Under the pieces are notes generated by a model. That model saw nothing but the letters and a program-made list of their open reading frames with translations. It did no database searches and had not been told where the DNA came from. Shown here in pieces: positions 38,220 to 45,413 of a DNA stretch of 64,000 nucleotides. Each line of letters begins with the position of its first letter. Position 1 is the first letter of the stretch. The DNA is from a virus (lineage: Duplodnaviria > Caudoviricetes). The position numbers and the translations under genes are program-made. The stretch covers positions 1 to 64,000 of the IMG/VR virus record IMGVR_UViG_3300027749_000069. One strand, written 5' to 3'.

Positions 38220-39440
38220 TTATTTTATTATTGATTTAAAAAATTCTACTCTATCTTGACAAACTTTTTTTAATGAGTATTTGTCTTTTACTGTTTCATA
38301 TAAACGATTACCTAAATCTTCAATCATATTTGGATTTTCAACTAAACGTTTCATATGTTTTGCCCAATCCTTATGATTTCTTCTTGGGTTAACTAATAAT
38401 GCGTTACCGTTATCATTAAACTTACCGTCGTTAATTGCTGAAATTAAATCTAATGTATATGGGTCAGTTTCACTTGCAATAATTGCTTTCTTATGAAATC
38501 CCGCTTCAATAACTTTTAATTGTGATTTGTTAGCATTAAATTGAGATTCAACTAACGGCGCTAAAGATACATCAAATGTGTTATAATTTGATGCATATGT
38601 TTTAATATCCTTTGTCCATCTTCTTCTATACGGTTCGTTCACATCATCATACGGTGTATCAACAAATGTATTTAAAAAACTTTTATATTGAGGACTTAAT
38701 ACTTTATAATCTTCAGTAAAGAATTTTTCATACTTATACCAAACAGTTTCCGTTGGTTGAATTGAACGTTGTCTTTGTTTTCCTTCTTGGTCAATTTCAG
38801 TCACAGTACCTCTTAAGTCAAACCCACATAACACAAATTGTACTTTATCTTTGAAACTGTTATGTGTTGAAGAAATACCATTTGACATTAATTCAATATC
38901 AGATAAATGTGAAGAACCTCCTAACCAACCAAATCTAATTTTATCTGATTTAATTGGTTCTCTTTTAAATTGAGGTTCATCTTCATTAACCGCATTTGGA
39001 AAAATTTCAATATTTTTTACATTTAATCTATCTTTAATTGTTTTTGCAAAAATTGAAGTTGTTGTTGTGACATAATCCACCACTTTTAACATCTCCATTT
39101 TCATTTCACCAATTTTAGAATTTTTAATCTGATGATACATTGGGTGTCTTTGATCTACAAACCATAAATCATCAATATCCATAATAACTTTAATTCCTTT
39201 TGATTGTAACCACTTAATCCTATTAATATTATCGTCGTGATTTGTTTGGTGTATGAAAGTGTGGAATACGACGATATCGTAATTTAAAAAATACTCATCA
39301 TTATTATCTGCATTATATGAGATATCCACGTGAACATCATCCGAATGATTATCACCAATGAATTGGTAAGGGTCCATCATTCTAAACTTACCTACACCAT
39401 GTTTATCCGAGGGGATTGCTAAAATTCTAATTTTTGACAT
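38220..39440 (-). CDS. glycosyltransferase, GT-B fold
   Basis: MDIDDLW, FGWLGGSSH, DVSLAPL..FNANKSQLKVIEAG. Confidence 0.85.
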   Translation of the reverse strand: MSKIRILAIPSDKHGVGKFRMMDPYQFIGDNHSDDVHVDISYNADNNDEYFLNYDIVVFHTFIHQTNHDDNINRIKWLQSKGIKVIMDIDDLWFVDQRHPMYHQIKNSKIGEMKMEMLKVVDYVTTTTSIFAKTIKDRLNVKNIEIFPNAVNEDEPQFKREPIKSDKIRFGWLGGSSHLSDIELMSNGISSTHNSFKDKVQFVLCGFDLRGTVTEIDQEGKQRQRSIQPTETVWYKYEKFFTEDYKVLSPQYKSFLNTFVDTPYDDVNEPYRRRWTKDIKTYASNYNTFDVSLAPLVESQFNANKSQLKVIEAGFHKKAIIASETDPYTLDLISAINDGKFNDNGNALLVNPRRNHKDWAKHMKRLVENPNMIEDLGNRLYETVKDKYSLKKVCQDRVEFFKSIIK

Positions 39441-39491
39441 TAATTACTATTATATGTCTATAATATAACAAATAAAAATGAAAAAACAAAA

Positions 39492-40064
39492 TTACTTCGC
39501 TTTATTTACTCCTGTGATTTTACCTTTGAATATGGAATCACCTACCTTTAATACTAAATTTTCGTTAATTGATGCAGTGGTTGATGCTGATAATATTTGA
39601 TTTAACTTTTCATCCATTACTTTACGAACTGTATTTTCAATAAGTGTGGCAATTGCCCCCATATCAATATTACTATTGTATTGTACTACTTGTTTTTGTT
39701 GTGGTTGTTTTTTACCAACACCTTCTTGTTCCATTAATCTTTTGGCACCTTTTAAGAAATCCATATCAAGTGTATCATTTAAAGATATTTGTTGAATTGG
39801 ATTCTCAATCATTGCTTTTTTAATTGCATCAGGTAATTTAGAATTTTGTATTTTATCAACAGATGGCATTCCCATTTGTTTTGTTGAAGATTGTTGTGGT
39901 AAATCTTGATTATTCATTAAATCTTCTGGACTTGACCTTAACATTTCTTCATTTACATGACCTCTTTCATAGTTTCCTCCATCTACTTTATTCATTACTT
40001 TTTTAGCATTAACTAATTTTTGCATTAAATCGTTAGATGATATTGTTCCTTTTCCTTGTGACAT
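39492..40064 (-). CDS. hypothetical protein
   Basis: 190-aa ORF with TATTTAT 4 nt upstream. Confidence 0.7.
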   Translation of the reverse strand: MSQGKGTISSNDLMQKLVNAKKVMNKVDGGNYERGHVNEEMLRSSPEDLMNNQDLPQQSSTKQMGMPSVDKIQNSKLPDAIKKAMIENPIQQISLNDTLDMDFLKGAKRLMEQEGVGKKQPQQKQVVQYNSNIDMGAIATLIENTVRKVMDEKLNQILSASTTASINENLVLKVGDSIFKGKITGVNKAK

Positions 40065-40097
40065 ACTAATAAATATTTTATTTAAATATAATATTTT

Positions 40098-40844
40098 TTA
40101 TGAAAACATTAAACGCTTAATGTTTTTAATACTTTCTTGAAGTTTTTTATTTTCATCCTCTTCTGGATTAACTTCAGGTTTTTCCTGTGGTTTTGGTTGA
40201 GGAAGTTCTTGTGTTTTAGGTTCTTCGGGAGTTGGTTCTTTTGGTGTTATTGGTGTCTTTGTTGGTTTTGTTTGTGGTGTCGGTTGTGGTAATTCTGTTG
40301 GTGTAGGTTCCGTAGGTTCAGTAGGTTTAACTTCAGGCTCAACTGGTTGAGGTTCTGTAGGTTGTGGTTGAACTGGTTTAGGTGTTGGTTTAGTAACTGT
40401 AGGTTTAACAATCCTTGGTTTTTTAACTTCAGGTTTATTTGTCCAATCAGCAGTTACATAAGTAACACTCATAGATTTATCATCACCTTCTTTATAGTCG
40501 GGTCTTTTTTGGTCAAACTTACTATCACTAATTTTTAAATTACTCATACGACCAACCATAAAGGTTCTCCAACCTGTTTTATCAAATCCTTTTTTGGATA
40601 CTGATGGTGGTTGAACATACGCACGAACAACTAAATTACCTTTTTTATTTAAACCTAATGCAACTGCTTCAGCATCAATTCTATTACCTGGCTTAACACT
40701 GGTTTTTTCTGGTTTTCTTGGACCACTATAGAAAAAAGATATTTTATTCCTATTTTTAATTGCATCAACAATAGGTTTTGTTTTAGTTGTCTTTAATATA
40801 TTTTGTTCTTCAATAACATTGAAGAATGTTTGATTAAAATTCAT
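40098..40844 (-). CDS. WYL-domain protein with a Pro-rich tail and no HTH
   Basis: DAIKNRNKISFFY, VALG, VRAY, GWRTFMVGRMSNL. Confidence 0.7.
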   Translation of the reverse strand: MNFNQTFFNVIEEQNILKTTKTKPIVDAIKNRNKISFFYSGPRKPEKTSVKPGNRIDAEAVALGLNKKGNLVVRAYVQPPSVSKKGFDKTGWRTFMVGRMSNLKISDSKFDQKRPDYKEGDDKSMSVTYVTADWTNKPEVKKPRIVKPTVTKPTPKPVQPQPTEPQPVEPEVKPTEPTEPTPTELPQPTPQTKPTKTPITPKEPTPEEPKTQELPQPKPQEKPEVNPEEDENKKLQESIKNIKRLMFS

Positions 40845-41239
40845 TATTGGAAATCAGGGTATTTGTTGGATTCACCAAATTTATTTTTATTAATAACTTG
40901 TATTCTTGTATTAATATCTGTTAATGAACCAACTTGTCCATTGTCACCTTTTTGACCCTTACCAAATTCATCACCATCTGACATTGCATCTGGATTTGTA
41001 ATACCATATCCATTTTCATTACTATATCTATTGGTTGCCATAATTTGAATTCTTGTATTAATATCGGTTAAAGAACCGACAGTACCTGTATCACCAACTT
41101 GTCCTTTACCTAATTCATCTCCATCGGAAAGTGCATCTTTACTTGTGATACCATAACCATTTTTTTCTGAATATCTATTAATAACAACTTCTTGTGTTCT
41201 TAATTTTTCAGCGATAACTTCTAATTGTGTCTTTGCCAT
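40844..41239 (-). CDS. hypothetical protein built from two 49-aa repeats
   Basis: NRYS..NGYGIT..DA.SDGDE.GKGQ.GD.G.VGSLTDINTRIQ occurs twice. Confidence 0.75.
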   Translation of the reverse strand: MAKTQLEVIAEKLRTQEVVINRYSEKNGYGITSKDALSDGDELGKGQVGDTGTVGSLTDINTRIQIMATNRYSNENGYGITNPDAMSDGDEFGKGQKGDNGQVGSLTDINTRIQVINKNKFGESNKYPDFQ

Positions 41240-41240
41240 A

Positions 41241-41735
41241 TTATAACATTAATTTTTTTATTCTTTGTAATTGTTCAAACAAACCAGATAATTTAATACT
41301 TGATATTGAAGATTTATGTGAATTACTTTTCATCATATTCAATGGAGGTAAGAAATCTGGTTTCTTTGAATGTTTTTTCAAATGACTATTTTTTCTTTCT
41401 CCAGTTATCCCACCAATATCATCAGCCTGTTTTCTTCCGTCTTTTCTATTACTCACCATATCTCTTTCACCTTGTAGGTATTGTTTAGACCATCTGTCCA
41501 TTAACTCACCACCAGCCAAGTCATACCTAACTCTATCACCAATTTTATCAATATTTTGTAAGTCATGTATAATTCTTTTTAACTGTCCGTATTTAACTTT
41601 TTTGTCTATTAAAAGTTTCTTGGCTCTTTGTACACCATGAACATGTGTTCCGTTAAGACCAACGATTGTATGGTTAATCTTATCTAAAATGTTCTGCGGT
41701 ATATCAAATATCCTATGTTTTAAATCCTTATTCAT
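41241..41735 (-). CDS. basic hypothetical protein
   Basis: 164 aa; ends LFEQLQRIKKLML. Confidence 0.7.
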   Translation of the reverse strand: MNKDLKHRIFDIPQNILDKINHTIVGLNGTHVHGVQRAKKLLIDKKVKYGQLKRIIHDLQNIDKIGDRVRYDLAGGELMDRWSKQYLQGERDMVSNRKDGRKQADDIGGITGERKNSHLKKHSKKPDFLPPLNMMKSNSHKSSISSIKLSGLFEQLQRIKKLML

Positions 41736-42501
41736 TATCTTTTTTAATATAATTAATTACATCGTCAGCTGTTAAACCGTGACTATCCATACTATTTTTT
41801 AATGAATTAAGTTGTCTTTTAATAATTGGATGTATTTCTTTTGGTTCAACTTCTTCCTTTTCTTTTTCTAAAACATCATTATCTTTACTTCTACCTTTAA
41901 GAATACTCTCAATATACTCTTCCATATACTTTTTTGGGTTCTCAACTAATCTAACTTTATCGTCTGGTAGATTCTTATCATAACCCATTTGATCCATTCT
42001 ATCTTCAGCTTCTTCACTATCTAAACCTAAATCTTTCTCAAAATACTCTTCTGCCTCTTCATAATCCGCATCATTTCCCATAGTTGCTTCAAATCCGAGA
42101 GCATCTTTCATTGCAATTTCAATTAGTTCTCCTTTGGTTAATTTACCCTCACCCCAAAACTTCGTGTAGTTTTGAACCTTAGTCATACCATAATTACCCA
42201 TTTGACCTTTTCCTGTTTTAACCACTTCATCACTTGTTGAATCGGAACTAACACCTCTTGTGTTTAAATCTGATGGTTTTTTACTTGTTAAAAAATTACC
42301 TTCTTTATCTACAATTTCATCAACTTCCTCTTCCTTTTCTACTTTATCAGGTATTTTACTATAATCTGTTTTATCAGAAAACTCTTTGGCCCATTTGGAC
42401 CACTTCTTATTTTTACCCCCTTTGGCTTTTGCATAGAAGAATCTTTGTTGTGCTTTTGACGCAAATTTCTCTTCAATTACCTGTTTTATAAAATTATTCA
42501 T
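41728..42501 (-). CDS. hypothetical protein
   Basis: 257 aa; IEE-KFASKAQQRFFYAK N-terminus; late-type promoter. Confidence 0.7.
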   Translation of the reverse strand: MNNFIKQVIEEKFASKAQQRFFYAKAKGGKNKKWSKWAKEFSDKTDYSKIPDKVEKEEEVDEIVDKEGNFLTSKKPSDLNTRGVSSDSTSDEVVKTGKGQMGNYGMTKVQNYTKFWGEGKLTKGELIEIAMKDALGFEATMGNDADYEEAEEYFEKDLGLDSEEAEDRMDQMGYDKNLPDDKVRLVENPKKYMEEYIESILKGRSKDNDVLEKEKEEVEPKEIHPIIKRQLNSLKNSMDSHGLTADDVINYIKKDNE

Positions 42502-42554
42502 CTAAATGGACTTTTATATAAATATCAAATGTTATGAAAGATATTTATATAAAC

Positions 42555-43748
42555 ATGGCTAATCAGAATATTTTAAGATTTTACGGTTCCAAACTCGATT
42601 TAAAGGTAGATTATTCCGAATTATATGACTTTGAACTATCAAAAGTTCAAATGGATTATAATGAAGAGGTCCTAAATTTTGATAGAGAAATAACATATAC
42701 AGGATTAACAATAGATTCTTCTTGTTTAACAGGACTAACTTCACCTTGGGAAGTAGAGGTAAATAAACCATACACTGGCGGTACCTGTGATTTTACTGTT
42801 CGTAGAAGAACAGAGAAGGGTTGGACATTAGATTTGGTTTTTGATAGATTAGTGACTGGTACGACATTTTACTATTTAGGAATTAAAGATGATTTAGCTA
42901 ATGGGAATTACGCGGATAATAATTTAACATTTTCATTTACCAATAATAAAAAAATAAAATGGGAATCTTACCATTATTCGGGGTCGTGTAATCCAGATAG
43001 CGGGTACACGGAGTCATATTACACATTAACAGGTAATACTCCTGAATTGTGTGCGAATGGAATATATGACGATTTTAATATTACAATCACATTTGATAGA
43101 TACACATATCTTTATGATTGTGAGATTGAGAATGAGGGAGGATTTAATGATTTAATATTAGGTCCACATGCGGTTAGTTATACTGATGAATTATGGGCAC
43201 CGACGACTGGTGACACAGGTAGTTTCTTTTCTGGTTCATTTTTAGGACATTCAACACAAATCACCACAGGTTATACAATGGTTACTGGGTCGTTAAATTG
43301 GATTACTGGTGACACCAAATATAGTTATGTTGAGGAATTAAATAAGAAATGGGCGGGTGAGAAACAAAAGAGATTAGGAACACTTAAAATTTATCATAAC
43401 GGTAAAAGAATATATAAATTAGAAAACTTTGAAGAAATAATACCATCATTAAGAAAATCTACAAATTCAATTGTTCAGATTTTTGGTAGTAATGGTCTTA
43501 ATGGTATATTGAAACAAGTTAAGTATTTTGAAGAACCATTAGATTTTGTTCATGTTAATCATCATTATTTAACATCAATTAAACCAAATTATTCAATATA
43601 TGGTTGTTCGGATGTTTTACCAAGCCCAACACCTACACCAACACCGAGTATAACTCCAACTAAAACACCGACACCAACTAATACTGTTACACCAACAGGA
43701 ACACCTACAAACACTCCAACACCAACTAATACACCAACACCAACTTAA
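42555..43748 (+). CDS. probable virion protein (LamG/ConA-like) with a C-terminal PT repeat
   Basis: FNITITFDR, GTLKIYHNG, GILKQVKYF; start reassigned to MANQN. Confidence 0.55.
   Translation: MANQNILRFYGSKLDLKVDYSELYDFELSKVQMDYNEEVLNFDREITYTGLTIDSSCLTGLTSPWEVEVNKPYTGGTCDFTVRRRTEKGWTLDLVFDRLVTGTTFYYLGIKDDLANGNYADNNLTFSFTNNKKIKWESYHYSGSCNPDSGYTESYYTLTGNTPELCANGIYDDFNITITFDRYTYLYDCEIENEGGFNDLILGPHAVSYTDELWAPTTGDTGSFFSGSFLGHSTQITTGYTMVTGSLNWITGDTKYSYVEELNKKWAGEKQKRLGTLKIYHNGKRIYKLENFEEIIPSLRKSTNSIVQIFGSNGLNGILKQVKYFEEPLDFVHVNHHYLTSIKPNYSIYGCSDVLPSPTPTPTPSITPTKTPTPTNTVTPTGTPTNTPTPTNTPTPT
43620..43745 (+). repeat. Pro-Thr coding repeat
   Basis: PSPTPTPTPSITPTKTPTPTNTVTPT... to the stop codon. 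Confidence 0.85.
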
Positions 43749-43762
43749 ACTATTTATAACAT

Positions 43763-44116
43763 ATGGAATTCTTTATAAGACAAGGGGCATCTGACCCAAT
43801 ATTAAAAATGAGGATGATTGACGACGGTAAAAACGATAAATCATCATTTAATGATTTATTGGAAAATGCAACAATCACATTTGAAATGTTTGATGTTAAT
43901 ACCGGCGAACCCGTGTTATTAAATGAAACTTGTAATATTACAACAAGAACAAAACTATATAACCAAACGACTGACGAATATTATATCGTTTTCAGATTCA
44001 CTGAACAACAGACATCTGAAATAGGTAAATTTGAAGGAAAGGTAAACGTGTCGTTTGATAATGGTAATAAACTTATATTACCCGTTAAGGAAAAACTTTA
44101 CATTAATATTTTTTAA
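43763..44116 (+). CDS. BppU-N-like structural protein
   Basis: FFIRQG, NATITF.M, G.FEG.V.V.F.NG.KLILP pattern. Confidence 0.5.
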   Translation: MEFFIRQGASDPILKMRMIDDGKNDKSSFNDLLENATITFEMFDVNTGEPVLLNETCNITTRTKLYNQTTDEYYIVFRFTEQQTSEIGKFEGKVNVSFDNGNKLILPVKEKLYINIF

Positions 44117-44165
44117 TTCGATTCCATTTGTAGATTTTATACTATTTATAAGAAACAAAAAATAG

Positions 44166-45266
44166 ATGTCACAACCAAGTACAAATCATTTTAAATTCGG
44201 AGCTTCCGGAATAAGTTCAGCCACAAGAGGTGGCTTCAGCGTTGGAGTAAAGGGGGGTGCCGATTATGGCCCAACCTCATCAACAGGTTTTTGGAACGGA
44301 GTAACACCACCAATAGGTGGATACACCATTTACGTAGATAAAATGTCACAAGGTCCTAGTATTCACGTTGCATATAACGATGCTCAATGTATCGGTATGT
44401 TATTAGCAATGGGTGCTACAGGCAGTACGATAGGAGATGTGGTGGCTTGGGTTGGAACACAGTCAAATATGGCAATTTTAAGTGCCGATTTAACTCTTGG
44501 TGATTTACCAGGTGCTCCAGTAACTTATACTATAGGTCAAGCAGCCTTAGGTGGTATAATCGCTTATATTGATGGTGGTGGTTCTACAGGTACATCAGGA
44601 TTAGTTGCTACAGTTGCAGATGTTTCTTCAGGTAATGCAGCATGGGGATGTATTGGAACGGCGATATCGGGTGCAGATGGTACCGCTATAGGAACTGGAA
44701 ATCAAAATACAATAGATATAATGGCTGGATGTGCTACCGCAGGAATTGCAGCTAGAATTTGTGGAGATTTAACACAAAGTGGATATTCTGATTGGTATTT
44801 ACCAAGTAAAGATGAGTTAAATGCATTATATACAAACAAAGCTTCTATTGGAGGTTTTGCGAATGACGCCTATTGGTCTTCTACGGAATATCACATTGCA
44901 TCTGCAGCATATTACCAAGATTTCAGTAATGGTTTTGTAACTGCAACACCTAAGAACTCTGATTTATATGTACGTGCAGTGAGAAGCTTTGGAGGTGGAG
45001 GTGGTTTACAATATTATTATTTAGCAAATTTTGGAAGTACTCCAGATTCTGCGGCATGTGCTAGCACTAACGGATTAACAAATGTAACATTTGATACGGG
45101 TGATATAGGAACCGCAGGATACATTTACGCTGATAATATGACAACATTAAGTGGTGGTATATATTGGGTATTTGATAATGTATCAAGAAAAGTTAGAGGA
45201 GCATCATATAGTGGATCTCCAAATAACTACATGAACTTTTATGGTTCATATACAACACCTTGTTAA
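44166..45266 (+). CDS. DUF1566/Lcl-C (C-type-lectin fold) domain protein
   Basis: DWYLPSKDELNALY, YWSSTE, VRAVRSF; Gly-rich linker. Confidence 0.75.
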   Translation: MSQPSTNHFKFGASGISSATRGGFSVGVKGGADYGPTSSTGFWNGVTPPIGGYTIYVDKMSQGPSIHVAYNDAQCIGMLLAMGATGSTIGDVVAWVGTQSNMAILSADLTLGDLPGAPVTYTIGQAALGGIIAYIDGGGSTGTSGLVATVADVSSGNAAWGCIGTAISGADGTAIGTGNQNTIDIMAGCATAGIAARICGDLTQSGYSDWYLPSKDELNALYTNKASIGGFANDAYWSSTEYHIASAAYYQDFSNGFVTATPKNSDLYVRAVRSFGGGGGLQYYYLANFGSTPDSAACASTNGLTNVTFDTGDIGTAGYIYADNMTTLSGGIYWVFDNVSRKVRGASYSGSPNNYMNFYGSYTTPC

Positions 45267-45289
45267 TATAACAAAAACAAATAATTCAC

Positions 45290-45320
45290 AAGGAGGACCT
45301 AAAAAGTCCTCCTTTTTTTT
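45290..45320 (+). terminator. intrinsic terminator
   Basis: AAGGAGGAC-ctaaaaa-GTCCTCCTT plus T run. Confidence 0.85.
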
Positions 45321-45413
45321 ATTACCAATTTTTTTACTTATATTTATTATTGTAAACAAGGCAAACTGTGATTTAATCACAAGCTAATACGTCACATTAA
45401 AAAAATATAAAAC

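Noticed and set aside
44166-45266. Complete diversity-generating retroelement
   Set aside because: A target-like fold is present, but no reverse transcriptase or template repeat was seen in this window
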